Positions 38,550 through 48,972 of a stretch of DNA of 64,000 bases are shown here, piece after piece. The position numbers and the translations under genes are program-made. Below the pieces are notes generated by a model. The model was given only the letters and a program-made list of their open reading frames with translations. It was not told the origin of the DNA and did no database searches. The DNA comes from Candidatus Omnitrophota bacterium. GTDB lineage: Bacteria > Omnitrophota > Gorgyraeia > Zapsychrales > Fredricksoniimonadaceae. Positions within the stretch are counted from its first letter, which is position 1. Every line of letters starts with the position of its first letter. The stretch lies in the NCBI GenBank assembly GCA_044225175.1, contig JBGAJA010000001.1, forward strand, positions 329,178 to 393,177. Reading direction: 5' to 3'.

Positions 38550-39400
38550 GTGTCTCACCTATGGTTTGGATTTTATTCAATATTGGAGTTGTTGGACTTA
38601 TATTTCTTGATGCATTTGTTTTAAATCCTAAAGGTCGTGAAATGACTTTACGTCGAGCTATTGTAATGACGGCATTCTGGATTTTATTAGCTTTACTATT
38701 TAATGTGGGTGTCTATTTCTGGATGGGGCAAGACCGGGCCCTAGAATTCACAGCTGCGTATGTTATAGAACAATCTTTAAGTGTAGATAATCTTTTTGTT
38801 TTTTTATTAATTTTTGCTCATTTTAGAACTCCTGCCCCTGAACAAAGAGATATTTTATTCTGGGGAATCATCTCTGCTCAGGTTTTAAGAGCCGTCTTTA
38901 TTATCAGCGGTGTTGCTTTACTACAGCATTTCTCATGGATGATGTATATCTTTGGTGGAATTTTAATTTTTACGGGGTTTAAGCTGTTCTTTAAAAAAGA
39001 TGAAGATGAGAATTTTGAAGATAGTCCCGTATTTAAATTCTTAAAAGGAAAATTGCCAATATTCTGGGTTGTCTTCTTTTTTGTTCAGATTACAGATTTT
39101 ATTTTTGCTGTGGATTCTATCCCTGCAGTTTTAGCCATCACGAAAGACCCTTTTATTGCCTATACCTCAAACATTTTTGCTGTATTAGGTTTAAGGGCAA
39201 TGTATTTTGCTTTGGCTTCGTTTATGAAAATGTTCCACTATTTGCATTGGGGCTTAGGCGTTATTTTAATTTTTGTCGGTTTTAAAATGGTTGTTGAACA
39301 CCATATTCATATTCCTGTTATTGCAACTTTGGGATTTGTCATTCTGACATTAACACTCACAGTGTTTGCTTCCATTATATGGCCCAAAGAAAAAGAGTAA
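38543..39400 (+). CDS. TerC family integral membrane protein
   Basis: 'EQSLSVDNLFVFLLIF' and 'AVDSIPAV' TerC motifs. Multi-TM. Confidence 0.8.
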   Translation: MLSVSPMVWILFNIGVVGLIFLDAFVLNPKGREMTLRRAIVMTAFWILLALLFNVGVYFWMGQDRALEFTAAYVIEQSLSVDNLFVFLLIFAHFRTPAPEQRDILFWGIISAQVLRAVFIISGVALLQHFSWMMYIFGGILIFTGFKLFFKKDEDENFEDSPVFKFLKGKLPIFWVVFFFVQITDFIFAVDSIPAVLAITKDPFIAYTSNIFAVLGLRAMYFALASFMKMFHYLHWGLGVILIFVGFKMVVEHHIHIPVIATLGFVILTLTLTVFASIIWPKEKE

Positions 39401-40383
39401 TTTTTAAACTATTTCTATATCTGATTTGTTTTTATTCAATTTTTTGTTTCGCATTAACTCAGCCCAGGTATTTATCAGCGTTCCTTTCGTTCTTTGTTAA
39501 TCGATATTCAAATGATATTCATATTGATGAGATGACAATTAAGAAGGTTGTTTGGATGTCTTGGAGTAAATTGGATTTAAAGGAGATTGATCTTAAGGTA
39601 AAGTTTAAAGGCATTCAATATGTTGTTAATTGTTATCAAATAAGACTCAGTGAACTAGAAAATCTATTAACGAAAGCGCCAGTCATTTTGAGTGTTAACC
39701 ATGCAGATATTACATCAAGCTTGATCACCATTTCAGATCTTCAAGGCAAAACCCAAATATTCTTTGAACATCTAAAGTATCAATATTCACAGACTGATTT
39801 CTTGGCTGATGAGGTTAAATATGGTCAATATGTAATGGGTCATATTAAGGGAAATCTTTATAATAATAACAAGCTGATCTTTCTAAAGAGTGTAACAGGT
39901 GATCTTTATGGCGGAGATTTTTATGCTCAAGGATCTATTCAATATGTAGCACCCATATCTTATAATTTAGAACTGAAGTTAAAGAAGGTCAGCTCTTTTT
40001 TATTGGCCCAAGTTAATGCAAATTTTTCTCAATTGACTGCAGTCGTAGATGGTCATGTGAAAGTCAAGAGTCATGAAAGATCAGGTTTGTTAATTGAAGC
40101 GGATCTCTACGCGCCTTCTGGCGGAAGTATGAAAGCATCTTTGCTTAAGTTTCTGGCTCAATATATTCCTCAAAAACAGCAGATTGAGAGTTTGATTGAA
40201 CATAATGAACAGATTATTTTAGAAAAAGCTCAATTTAAACTTTTAAGTATCAGCTACAATGATCTTTCTTCGGAGGTAATTTTAACGAGTCCTTCAATTA
40301 ATTTGAATATGAATGTGAAATTCGATATTCATATGGATGGAAGTTTGGAGAGTTTATTAAAATCACTGCCGACGGGCAGCTAG
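39379..40383 (+). CDS. YdbH-like protein (short form) by synteny with ynbE/ydbL
   Basis: N-terminal hydrophobic segment. Sits directly upstream of the conserved ynbE-ydbL pair. 334 aa against ~880 aa for E. coli YdbH. Confidence 0.35.
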   Translation: MAQRKRVIFKLFLYLICFYSIFCFALTQPRYLSAFLSFFVNRYSNDIHIDEMTIKKVVWMSWSKLDLKEIDLKVKFKGIQYVVNCYQIRLSELENLLTKAPVILSVNHADITSSLITISDLQGKTQIFFEHLKYQYSQTDFLADEVKYGQYVMGHIKGNLYNNNKLIFLKSVTGDLYGGDFYAQGSIQYVAPISYNLELKLKKVSSFLLAQVNANFSQLTAVVDGHVKVKSHERSGLLIEADLYAPSGGSMKASLLKFLAQYIPQKQQIESLIEHNEQIILEKAQFKLLSISYNDLSSEVILTSPSINLNMNVKFDIHMDGSLESLLKSLPTGS

Positions 40384-40410
40384 AGTTGTATTGATCAAGG
40401 AGGATAAAGC

Positions 40411-40605
40411 ATGTTAGTGAGATACCTATTATGTTCTACGATCGTCATGCTGTGTGGTTGCACAGTTAAAGCAGTGGGAGATCCAAATCGGCCCATTACA
40501 ATTAATGCTCATGTCACAATTGATATTAAGGGATTAAAGGACACGGCTTCAAATATTGAAGACTATGTCAGCGGTAAAGACGATAAAATTCCTGTTAAAA
40601 AATAA
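40411..40605 (+). CDS. ynbE: YnbE family lipoprotein
   Basis: Lipobox 'VMLCGC|T' then 'PITINAHVTIDIKG', matching the E. coli YnbE pattern. Confidence 0.75.
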   Translation: MLVRYLLCSTIVMLCGCTVKAVGDPNRPITINAHVTIDIKGLKDTASNIEDYVSGKDDKIPVKK

Positions 40606-40629
40606 AACTAAAAATTAATGGAGGTATAT

Positions 40630-41028
40630 ATGTTAAGAACAATTCTTCTCGTAGTTATGATTGTGGTGATATCAAATGGAGCCTGGGCTCAAGGCAAATA
40701 TTCCATCAAGGAAATGACGCCAGCTGTTAAACAAGCATTGGATGGACGAAGAGATCGTTTTAGCCAATTGAGATCTTTAAAAGCTGCAGGAATTATTGGA
40801 GAAAATAACCAGGGCTATGTAGAAGTCCTTAGTTCAGATGCGAGTGCTTCTGGTATTGCATCTCAAGAAAACGAAGACCGTAAACTCATTTATCAGGCAA
40901 TTGCTAAGCAAAATGGTTTAGAAGGTGCCCTTTCAACCATCGAATCTGCCTTTGCTCAAGTTCAAAGGGATAAAGCAGAAGCTGGAGATAAAATTCAAAC
41001 TCAAGATGGCGCTTGGATTAAAAAATAA
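40630..41028 (+). CDS. ydbL: YdbL-like (DUF1318) periplasmic protein
   Basis: Signal peptide. Third member of the conserved ydbH-ynbE-ydbL order. GGAGG RBS 7 nt upstream. Confidence 0.6.
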   Translation: MLRTILLVVMIVVISNGAWAQGKYSIKEMTPAVKQALDGRRDRFSQLRSLKAAGIIGENNQGYVEVLSSDASASGIASQENEDRKLIYQAIAKQNGLEGALSTIESAFAQVQRDKAEAGDKIQTQDGAWIKK

Positions 41029-41030
41029 CC

Positions 41031-42629
41031 ATGCATAAAGAATTCATTCAGAAATGGATGCCATTGTTCTATGCGATTTTGGGCTTTGGTCTCTTATTGC
41101 GTTTGTGGAATATTACGGATAATCAATTCCTTTTTTATGACGAAGGAATGTATTTAGGTTATAACCGTAATTTTTTAGATTTGGTTGCAGCTAATCCCCC
41201 TAAAGACATTAATGAGTTTTTGACTATTCTTGGGCTTATGTTCAAGCAAGCACTTGGAACCGCCAAAGCGCTTTGGTTTTTTGTGCTCAATTTAAGAGTG
41301 TTCTTTTCCAATCCTCAAAATTGGGCCTTTGCCAGAGAAATTTCGGCTTTAGCTGGAATTGGGACCATTGTTTTGACTTACTTTTTTGCCAACAAATACT
41401 TTAAATCCAAACTAATTGCTGTTTTAAGCGTTGTATTTCTAAGTCTTCTTCCTAGTCATGTGTTTTATTCCCGATTAGGGATGCAGGAATCATTAAGTAC
41501 CTTATTATTTCTATCGGCTTTATATGTGTATTTGTTCTATAGAACTTCCAAATGGAGCCCTTATGTTTCTGCGATCCTTTTGTCTTGTGTTTATTTTACC
41601 AATTACAGAATGATTATTGCTCCTATGTTTATTGGGGCAATTGAAGTTTATGAGGCCTTTCAAAATCGTCAGAAGATTAATTGGCCAAGGCTATTGATTT
41701 GTATTGGGGTCTTTGGTCTGATTGTCTTTATTGTGGGATCTTTGTACGGAGGGATTAATCGCTATGTCACATTTGGATGGATGTCCCATCAAGCCCAGGA
41801 GACAAAAGCCGTTCAGGGGGGCATCTTAAATTTTCTATCCTATCCTTATTACACGATTGCGCTGGAAGGAATTTTTTTCGCATTAATCTTTTGGGCAAAT
41901 AGTTATTTAGTCTTTAAGAAAGAATGGTCTAAGCTTTTACCTTTTGCATTAGTTCTTCTTCAAATGGGGATCTTTTCGTTGGCGGCAGAAAAGGGAGCTA
42001 GGTATTTATGTGTGGTTTTACCATTGATGGCCATTGCTGCAGCCGTATCATTTAACTATTTTCTTAATCATGCCAAAATTAAGAAGTATGTTTTAGCCCT
42101 TGGAGTTCTAGCTTGTTTGTTCATGGCCATAGAATCGCTCATTATTATGCTTTCAAGAACATCTTATGAGAAAGCTGTGCATGTTGTTCGTAAGAATGAT
42201 CCTCAAGCCAGAATTCTTTCTACTCAATCTTTGGTTGAGCAGCTGTATGTTCAGGATGAAACCATTATTAAAGAATGTCCTAAGAATCTTGCTGAATTTA
42301 TTCAATTGTACACTGAAGGCTATCGTTATTTAGTTATGGATCCCCAGGTTTATATTTCCTGGACCAAGGACACTCAGAGATTTAATCCACCCTTGATTGA
42401 TTTCTTGGAGTTCATTCAACAGAATGCCAAACCCATTGTGACTTTAGACCACCTAAACCCTGTTATGCTTAAACGTTTTGTCCTAGATCACAACCAAACT
42501 CTAGGTTTGTCCATTCAATTTTTAAATGTCTCTCAACGGTTTAATTATGGCCAGATTAAGATTTATGATATTGGTCAATGCTTAGTGATGTTAAAACAAC
42601 AGGCACTGAAAGCAGAAGAGGAAAAATAA
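41031..42629 (+). CDS. Putative GT-C family membrane glycosyltransferase (ArnT/PMT-like)
   Basis: About 11 TM segments with an N-terminal 'YDEGMYLGY' acidic loop typical of the GT39/GT83-like fold. C-terminal soluble domain. Confidence 0.45.
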   Translation: MHKEFIQKWMPLFYAILGFGLLLRLWNITDNQFLFYDEGMYLGYNRNFLDLVAANPPKDINEFLTILGLMFKQALGTAKALWFFVLNLRVFFSNPQNWAFAREISALAGIGTIVLTYFFANKYFKSKLIAVLSVVFLSLLPSHVFYSRLGMQESLSTLLFLSALYVYLFYRTSKWSPYVSAILLSCVYFTNYRMIIAPMFIGAIEVYEAFQNRQKINWPRLLICIGVFGLIVFIVGSLYGGINRYVTFGWMSHQAQETKAVQGGILNFLSYPYYTIALEGIFFALIFWANSYLVFKKEWSKLLPFALVLLQMGIFSLAAEKGARYLCVVLPLMAIAAAVSFNYFLNHAKIKKYVLALGVLACLFMAIESLIIMLSRTSYEKAVHVVRKNDPQARILSTQSLVEQLYVQDETIIKECPKNLAEFIQLYTEGYRYLVMDPQVYISWTKDTQRFNPPLIDFLEFIQQNAKPIVTLDHLNPVMLKRFVLDHNQTLGLSIQFLNVSQRFNYGQIKIYDIGQCLVMLKQQALKAEEEK

Positions 42630-42646
42630 AAAAGAGATATTAAATT

Positions 42647-42877
42647 ATGCATATATTCATTGGAAACTTATCATTTGCAGCCAAGGAAGAAGATGTCAAA
42701 ATTCTTTTTGAACAATTTGGTGTGGTTGAGTCGGTTAATATGAAGAAGAAGGCTCGGGGGCACGCGTTTGTGGTTATGCCGGATGCCAATCAAGGGCATA
42801 AGGCGATTGAATCTCTTACTGGTCAATCATTCATGGGAAGGCCCATAGACATTAGTATTCGTCAATTTAAACGTTAA
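42647..42877 (+). CDS. RRM-type RNA-binding protein
   Basis: RNP2 'IFIGNL' and RNP1 'RGHAFVVM' motifs. Confidence 0.85.
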   Translation: MHIFIGNLSFAAKEEDVKILFEQFGVVESVNMKKKARGHAFVVMPDANQGHKAIESLTGQSFMGRPIDISIRQFKR

Positions 42878-42893
42878 GAAAAGGATAGTTCAG

Positions 42894-43133
42894 ATGGATG
42901 CGCAACAACATAAAGATATCTTACATGGGGTTAAGCTTGAGACCATTTTGATACGTTTACATAGGAAACATGGATGGGATGGTCTTTACGATCGTATCAA
43001 AATCAATTGCTTTGGTAAGAACCCTAGCATTAAATCAAGTCTAACCTTTCTGCGCAAAACACCGTGGGCCAGAGAGAAGGTAGAAAATCTTTATATGTAT
43101 TTGAAACCAGAAGATCGTAAAGAAATAATATAA
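42894..43133 (+). CDS. VF530/DUF2132 family protein
   Basis: 'LHGVKLETIL..L...GW..L...I.INCF..NPSIKSSLTFLRKTPWAREKVE' matches the DUF2132 pattern. Confidence 0.7.
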   Translation: MDAQQHKDILHGVKLETILIRLHRKHGWDGLYDRIKINCFGKNPSIKSSLTFLRKTPWAREKVENLYMYLKPEDRKEII

Positions 43134-43169
43134 ACTAAACCAAGATATTTTAGATGTTTTGCTATAAAG
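43132..43169 (+). repeat. Left copy of a ~38-bp imperfect direct repeat (partner at 44510-44547)
   Basis: aaactaaaccaagatattttagatgttttgctataaag against aaactaaacaatgatatttttaatgttttgctataatg, about 33/38 identical. Both copies follow a stop codon and end in a TATAA(A/T)G -10-like box. Confidence 0.7.
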
Positions 43170-43263
43170 ATCAGGGGGATCAGGGGACACACAACGTAAT
43201 TCAAGTTAGGCTAAAGGTTAGGTAATAATTAAGTTGTGTGTACCCAGAATTCTAGGGAGCTAT

Positions 43264-43911
43264 ATGATCTATTTTATCCTAGGAATTGTTCTACTTTTTT
43301 TAAACATTTGGTTTTTTACATCCTATTCAGAGCTTTTAGAGAAAATTATGAGCGGGCAATGGGATTATATTTATCTTTTTTGCTCTGGGTATTTTATTAT
43401 TTTGGTAGAAATACTTTATCTTTTTTGTTCAATCCCGATTTATTTTTTAAATTTATATTTGTTTAATAAGTATTCATCTTCTTTTAGTTCTTTAGGATTA
43501 GAAATTAAGAAGTTTAATCCCTTTAATCCGTTTAGTTTTCTTTTATCTTTTAAGTATAAGGGGAGAGATATTGAAATCCTTAACTACAGATCGGTAAGAG
43601 GAAATCAAGCAATGATTATTCGTATTAAAATAAAAAATAAACCTAAATTTACTGACTTTAAATCAAAAAACGATTATTTAAGTTTTCCAATTAATTTTAA
43701 TGACGATCCAACTACTAGTGAAAAAGCAAAGACACTTCTTGAAGATTTATATAATCAAACAATTACATTTGAATTAAGAGGTCATACTTTTGAGAAAAAA
43801 GTCACTATTGATGGAAAAGAAGCCGATAAAGTAATGCTAATAATAGCGGGAATACTTTGCCTCTTGGTGGCAGCCGCCTTTTATATGGGTTATTACAGAG
43901 GTTTGGGGTAA
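43264..43911 (+). CDS. Hypothetical membrane protein encoded in a very AT-rich islet
   Basis: Two N-terminal and one C-terminal TM helix. Strongly AT-skewed codon usage unlike its neighbours. A TTG at 43234 is an alternative start. Confidence 0.45.
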   Translation: MIYFILGIVLLFLNIWFFTSYSELLEKIMSGQWDYIYLFCSGYFIILVEILYLFCSIPIYFLNLYLFNKYSSSFSSLGLEIKKFNPFNPFSFLLSFKYKGRDIEILNYRSVRGNQAMIIRIKIKNKPKFTDFKSKNDYLSFPINFNDDPTTSEKAKTLLEDLYNQTITFELRGHTFEKKVTIDGKEADKVMLIIAGILCLLVAAAFYMGYYRGLG

Positions 43912-43935
43912 GCAGAATATAAGAAAGGCATTAAT

Positions 43936-44073
43936 ATGGCGGAATACAACGTAGGTGACAAGGTTGTTTTGAAGGATGATGGCCAACGATATAAAGTGGT
44001 TGGCGTGCGCACTGAAGATCATATCGTGCTTTTTGATTTAGAGAAAGGTGATAAAAGGGCCTCAAAAATTTGA
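43936..44073 (+). CDS. Small hypothetical protein (45 aa), not in the ORF track
   Basis: AAGAAAGG RBS. MAEYNVGDKVVLKDDGQRYKVVGVRTEDHIVLFDLEKGDKRASKI. Confidence 0.3.
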   Translation: MAEYNVGDKVVLKDDGQRYKVVGVRTEDHIVLFDLEKGDKRASKI

Positions 44074-44109
44074 AGACGCTGCTTACCAAGAGATGGACTA
44101 GAGTATTGG

Positions 44110-44505
44110 ATGGCGCGTGACATTCAAGCCCTTCTAGACTATACACAGTGGCGTAATTTTTTACAGGTCATTGATAAGGCTAAGTTAGCATGTTTAAATT
44201 CAAGGCAGATTGTTTCAGACCATTTTGCTGACGTCAGCAAAATGGTCAAGTTAGGGTCAGATAGTGAGTGTCAAATTGACGATATCATGCTAACTCGCTA
44301 TGCCTGTTATCTCATTGCCCAAAATGGTGAACCACCCATTGCTCAGGAGCATGTTAAAAACAATAAAGATGTGCGAGGTTTATTGGCTAAAAGTGGAATT
44401 CAACCCGAAAATCTTCCTCCTGAAGAGGATGTTCAGAAATTTCAACGCAGGGTTAGTAGCGACCAAAAAAAGATAGCTTTAAGTGTTAAGAAGATTAAGA
44501 AATAA
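44110..44505 (+). CDS. DinD / BRO-N-like (KilA-N related) DNA-damage-inducible-type protein
   Basis: '[26 protein letters not shown]' and '[20 protein letters not shown]' resemble DinD/RhuM-type N-domains. Confidence 0.45.
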   Translation: MARDIQALLDYTQWRNFLQVIDKAKLACLNSRQIVSDHFADVSKMVKLGSDSECQIDDIMLTRYACYLIAQNGEPPIAQEHVKNNKDVRGLLAKSGIQPENLPPEEDVQKFQRRVSSDQKKIALSVKKIKK

Positions 44506-44509
44506 AGTA

Positions 44510-44547
44510 AAACTAAACAATGATATTTTTAATGTTTTGCTATAATG
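44510..44547 (+). repeat. Right copy of the ~38-bp direct repeat
   Basis: See 43132-43169. Confidence 0.7.
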
Positions 44548-44583
44548 CGTTTATCTTTGAAGGTCAATTCCTAGGAAAATCAT

Positions 44584-46581
44584 ATGACATTTGAGCAGTT
44601 TGTTTCGAATATTGAAAATTTTAATGAACGTTACGCTAGTGATGTAACTCCCACCAGTTATTTTGGTTTTCCAATTGCTCCAATTCTTGAAGCTGAACGC
44701 CGCTTAGCTGATGCCAAGGAGAAATCAACGGCTTATTTCTCCATGGAATATGGGCTGGCTCCAAGTATCTACAATTCGTTTAATCCAAGCAAACCTGTCA
44801 GTGATCAAAACAAATTTTTTACTCATGAAGTCTTCTCCAACTATTGGCTCTCCGACTACGTATTTAAGATCAAGATCGATAAAATGCTTGATATCCCTAT
44901 TTACAGCGGGGGATTAGGTGTTTTAGCGGGCGATACGGTTAAAAGCATCGCAGACATGGGGCTTTCGGTTGTGGCTCTTGGGATTTTGTGGAATAAGGGA
45001 TATTTTAAGCAGAACTTTTGGTATAAGCATGGGCAGGTTCCAGAAGAACTTTCTTGGGACCCAACCACTTATCCTGGGCTTATTCCTCTGAAGAATCGTG
45101 TGATTATGCCTACCAAAGAGGGGAATCTCGTCTTACGTCTGTGGAAATACTACGTCTATAGTTATGATAAAAAGCATGTTTGTCCTCTTGTCCTTTTAGA
45201 TTCAAATCTTCCTGAGAATAGTGAACATTTTAAAGCTTTAACTGATCAGCTGTATCGTTCTGATCATGTGTCATGGCGAATTTTACAGCGTTCGATTCTT
45301 GGAATCGGAGGAATGAAGGCGCTTACTGAATTGAAACTCAACATTGATTGTTATCATCTCAATGAAGGTCATGCTGCATTTGCCTTGGTTGAAAAGTACT
45401 TGAGTTTGAAAAATAAATCTCAAATGGCCCAAGAGAAAAAGAAATTTGTTTATACTTGCCATACGCCTGTAGCCGCTGGCCATGATCGTTTTTGGATTCC
45501 AGATATCAAGAATGTCTTTAATCCTGATTATGTAAAGGCCATGGAAGATTTTGGAAAAGAAACGGCCAAATCAGATACGGTGAACTTAACTCACATTTGT
45601 TTAGATAATTGTAGGCGTACGAATGCTGTGGCCCAGAAACACGGGGAAATCATGCGTCTTCAGTTTCCTGACTTTGCTGATCATATTGATGCGATCACAA
45701 ATGGGATTCATATTCATACCTGGATTTCTCTTACCTTTTCTTCACTGTTTGATAAATATCCTAAGACTTTTGGTGATTGGAGAGCTAATCCTCAAAATTT
45801 AGAGAAGGTCGTAGAACTGGCCTCTAATGAAATATTCAGAAAAGATCTTTTTGATGCTCATCAAGTCAACAAAAGGAATTTGCTAAGTATTCTCAAACCC
45901 TGGAAGCTGGATGAAAATGTTTTAACAATTTCATGGGCCCGTCGTATTACAGGATATAAACGTCCTTCACTATTATTCCATCGCATTGATGAGGTCCTGG
46001 ATTTAGCTCATAAGGTTGGTCCTTTACAAATCATTTTCGGGGGTAAGTCCCATCCCAATGACAATATAGGGGCGGCTCATATTCAAGATATTTTGAATCA
46101 TATTGATAAACTCAATAGTCATCATAAGATCATTAAAGTTCTGATTTTGGAGAATTATGATACTTATTTTGGAAAGCTTTTGACTAATTCCGTTGATATC
46201 TGGCTGAACAATCCTTTGCCGCCTTTTGAAGCTTCCGGCACAAGTGGGATGAAGGCTATTCTTAATGGTGTCTTGCAGGTGTCTACCCTAGACGGGTGGG
46301 TGGTTGAGGCTGAGAAGGATGATATTGGCTGGATCTTTGGATATGAGCATCATGGAAAAGAAATCGGCAGTGAGAATCAACTGCGTTTGGATGAAGATTC
46401 TGCAGCTTTATGTAAAACATTAAAAGATGTGATGACTCTTTATTATAAAACTAATAAAGGGGGAACGATTGATCTTAAGTCTCCTTGGATTGATAAAATG
46501 ATCCATTGCATCAGACGTGCTGCGTTTTTTAATACTCAACGAATGGTTGAGGAATACAAACAGAAGATGTGGAAAGCATGA
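44584..46581 (+). CDS. Alpha-glucan (glycogen/maltodextrin) phosphorylase, GT35 short form
   Basis: '[14 protein letters not shown]' PLP-lysine motif and '[11 protein letters not shown]'. Confidence 0.85.
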   Translation: MTFEQFVSNIENFNERYASDVTPTSYFGFPIAPILEAERRLADAKEKSTAYFSMEYGLAPSIYNSFNPSKPVSDQNKFFTHEVFSNYWLSDYVFKIKIDKMLDIPIYSGGLGVLAGDTVKSIADMGLSVVALGILWNKGYFKQNFWYKHGQVPEELSWDPTTYPGLIPLKNRVIMPTKEGNLVLRLWKYYVYSYDKKHVCPLVLLDSNLPENSEHFKALTDQLYRSDHVSWRILQRSILGIGGMKALTELKLNIDCYHLNEGHAAFALVEKYLSLKNKSQMAQEKKKFVYTCHTPVAAGHDRFWIPDIKNVFNPDYVKAMEDFGKETAKSDTVNLTHICLDNCRRTNAVAQKHGEIMRLQFPDFADHIDAITNGIHIHTWISLTFSSLFDKYPKTFGDWRANPQNLEKVVELASNEIFRKDLFDAHQVNKRNLLSILKPWKLDENVLTISWARRITGYKRPSLLFHRIDEVLDLAHKVGPLQIIFGGKSHPNDNIGAAHIQDILNHIDKLNSHHKIIKVLILENYDTYFGKLLTNSVDIWLNNPLPPFEASGTSGMKAILNGVLQVSTLDGWVVEAEKDDIGWIFGYEHHGKEIGSENQLRLDEDSAALCKTLKDVMTLYYKTNKGGTIDLKSPWIDKMIHCIRRAAFFNTQRMVEEYKQKMWKA

Positions 46582-47393
46582 AACAATATTTAGACCTAGT
46601 TAAATACATTTTAGAACATGGTGAGAAGAAAGAAGACCGAACTGGAACAGGTACAATCTCTGTCTTTGGTTATCAAAGCAAGTATGATCTTCGAGAAGGT
46701 TTTCCTATTCTGACAACCAAGAAAGTGCTTTTTGATGCAGTTGTGTGGGAGTTGTTATGGTTTTTGCGTGGATCAACGAATATTAACGATGACTTAACCC
46801 AGCATAGTCCTATTTGGAATGCCTGGGCTAAGCCCGACGGAGAACTAGGTCCTATTTATGGCTATCAATGGCGGAAGTGGGAGAAGTTTAGTTGGGATGA
46901 AGGTTCAAAGGCTTATCGCAAGGAACATATCGATCAAATTGCTCAGGCCATTGATTTGATAAAGAAAAATCCTAATTCAAGACGAATTATTGTGAGCGCT
47001 TGGAATGTAGCTGATATTGAGCGAATGGCTTTGCCTCCGTGTCACGCATTTTTTCAATTCTACGTTGTTAACGGTCGATTAGATTGCCAGCTTTATCAAC
47101 GTTCTGCTGATGTGGCTCTTGGGGTTCCATTTAATATTGCCAGCTATGCATTATTAATGACGATGATTGCCCAAGAGTGCGATTTAACTCCTGGGATATT
47201 CACTCATACTTTGGGGGACGCTCATTTGTATTTGAATCATTTAGATGGCCTTAAAACTCAATTGGAACGCACTCCAGGCCCTTTGCCTCGTCTCGAAATT
47301 GCTAAAAAGAATGTCTTAGATTATCGCTTTGAAGACATAAAACTTGTTGGTTATCAACCTGCAGCATTCATTAAATTCCCAATTGCGGTCTAG
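46578..47393 (+). CDS. thyA: Thymidylate synthase
   Basis: '[22 protein letters not shown]', '[11 protein letters not shown]' (catalytic Cys) and 'GDAHLY'. ATGA overlap with the upstream gene. Confidence 0.95.
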   Translation: MKQYLDLVKYILEHGEKKEDRTGTGTISVFGYQSKYDLREGFPILTTKKVLFDAVVWELLWFLRGSTNINDDLTQHSPIWNAWAKPDGELGPIYGYQWRKWEKFSWDEGSKAYRKEHIDQIAQAIDLIKKNPNSRRIIVSAWNVADIERMALPPCHAFFQFYVVNGRLDCQLYQRSADVALGVPFNIASYALLMTMIAQECDLTPGIFTHTLGDAHLYLNHLDGLKTQLERTPGPLPRLEIAKKNVLDYRFEDIKLVGYQPAAFIKFPIAV

Positions 47394-47396
47394 AGC

Positions 47397-47927
47397 ATGA
47401 AACCCTTCTCAATTGTTGTAGCCATGGATGAAAAAAACGGCATTGGTAAAAATGGCGATTTAGCCTGGCGTTTACCTGCAGATTTAAAACATTTTAAAGA
47501 AATTACAACTTCCGTAGGACAAGCTGGAAAAATAAATGCTGTGATTATGGGGCGTAAGACCTGGGATTCTCTTCCAGAGAAATTCAAACCTCTTCCTGGT
47601 CGTGCTAATGTGATATTAAGTCGAGCTAGTGATATTCAAGTGCCTATGGGAGTACCCGTGTTTTCTAATCTTGACCAAACTTTTGAATTTTTGGAACTTG
47701 AAGAAAGTATTGAGAATATTTTTGTGATTGGTGGGGGCCAGATTTTTACTGAAGCTTTAAAGGATCCTCATTGTCAAAAACTCTATCTCACACACCTTAA
47801 AGGTGATTTCCATTGCGACACTTTTTTCCCCAATATACCTTCTTTCTTTAAGAAACATGAAGAATCTCAATGGTTTAGCGAAGGAACTCTCCAGTATCAG
47901 TTTGTTGAATATCGTAAGAATAACTAA
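47397..47927 (+). CDS. folA: Dihydrofolate reductase
   Basis: 'IVVAMDEKNGIGKNGDLAWRLPADLKHFKEIT' and 'VIMGRKTWDSLP'. thyA-folA pairing. Confidence 0.95.
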   Translation: MKPFSIVVAMDEKNGIGKNGDLAWRLPADLKHFKEITTSVGQAGKINAVIMGRKTWDSLPEKFKPLPGRANVILSRASDIQVPMGVPVFSNLDQTFEFLELEESIENIFVIGGGQIFTEALKDPHCQKLYLTHLKGDFHCDTFFPNIPSFFKKHEESQWFSEGTLQYQFVEYRKNN

Positions 47928-48019
47928 CTCTTCAGTCGATCTAAAACCTTGCGCAGGTGGTTAAAAAATGTTAAGATTTACGTCTAAATTCGAAGTATAT
48001 AGAGGCAAATGGAGGATAT

Positions 48020-48574
48020 ATGGAAATTAAGATGTTAATTCAAAGCACGCCAAACCCAAATGCATTGAAGTTTGTGCTCAATGTGCCTGTCAAAGCAGAG
48101 GGTAAGGTGACTTATAAAAGTGTAGATGAGTGTAAAGATAATCCTTTGGCAGCCGCTTTATTTACCATATCAAACATCACAGAAGTTTATTTTTATGACA
48201 ATTATATTACCGTAACCCAAGACGGGACAGTTGATTGGGATGCCATTGAAGATCAGATCAAAAAGATCATCTTAGAATATGCTCCTAACCATAATCCTAA
48301 CTTTCTTGTTGAAGAATCAAAACAGCCAGCTCCTGTTTCTGATGATCCCGACATCCAAAAAATCAATGAAATTTTAGATCGTACAATTCGACCAGCTCTT
48401 CAGATGGATGGCGGAGATTTGCATGTTGTGTCTTTGGTTGGAACTCAATTGTATGTAACATATCAGGGAGCTTGTGGATCTTGTCCAAGTTCAACCATGG
48501 GCACTTTAAAGGCTATTGAAGGCATTTTAAAAGATGAATTCAATCCGGAAATTGTTGTTGAAATCGCTGCTTAA
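48020..48574 (+). CDS. NifU family Fe-S assembly protein (Nfu_N + NifU C-terminal domain)
   Basis: C-terminal 'MDGGDLHVV...GACGSCPSSTMTLK' CxxC motif. Confidence 0.8.
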   Translation: MEIKMLIQSTPNPNALKFVLNVPVKAEGKVTYKSVDECKDNPLAAALFTISNITEVYFYDNYITVTQDGTVDWDAIEDQIKKIILEYAPNHNPNFLVEESKQPAPVSDDPDIQKINEILDRTIRPALQMDGGDLHVVSLVGTQLYVTYQGACGSCPSSTMGTLKAIEGILKDEFNPEIVVEIAA

Positions 48575-48583
48575 GGATTAAAT

Positions 48584-48919
48584 ATGTCTCAGGAGTTATT
48601 AAAGAAGAAATGTATCCCCTGTGAAGGTATGAGTAAGTCTTTAGGTAAGAAAAAAGTCTTGGATTTATTGAAGACATTGCCTAAATGGCAAATGGCTAAG
48701 GATCATAAGAAGATTTTTCGTGTTTTTAATCTCAAGAATTTTGTTCAATGTGTGGAGATGATTAATAAAATCAAGGATATAGCTGAAGGGGAGGGTCATC
48801 ACCCTGATTTACATTTAACAGAATATAAGAATTTAAGGGTTATTTCTTATACCCATGCGGTTGATGGACTGACAGAAAATGATTTTATTCTTGCTGCAAA
48901 GATCGATAAGTTAGGTTAA
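48584..48919 (+). CDS. 4a-hydroxytetrahydrobiopterin dehydratase (PCD)
   Basis: 'EGHHPD' signature. The 'WQMAKDHKKIFRVFNLKNFVQCVEM' fold. Confidence 0.85.
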   Translation: MSQELLKKKCIPCEGMSKSLGKKKVLDLLKTLPKWQMAKDHKKIFRVFNLKNFVQCVEMINKIKDIAEGEGHHPDLHLTEYKNLRVISYTHAVDGLTENDFILAAKIDKLG

Positions 48920-48972
48920 TCCCAACTTTCATCTCCTTAGAATTGATCAAAACACTCCTTATAAAGGACATT

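Noticed and set aside
43236-43466. +2-frame ORF overlapping the islet membrane-protein gene
   Set aside because: It shares the same AT-rich stretch. The longer frame with TM helices is preferred, and neither is strongly supported.
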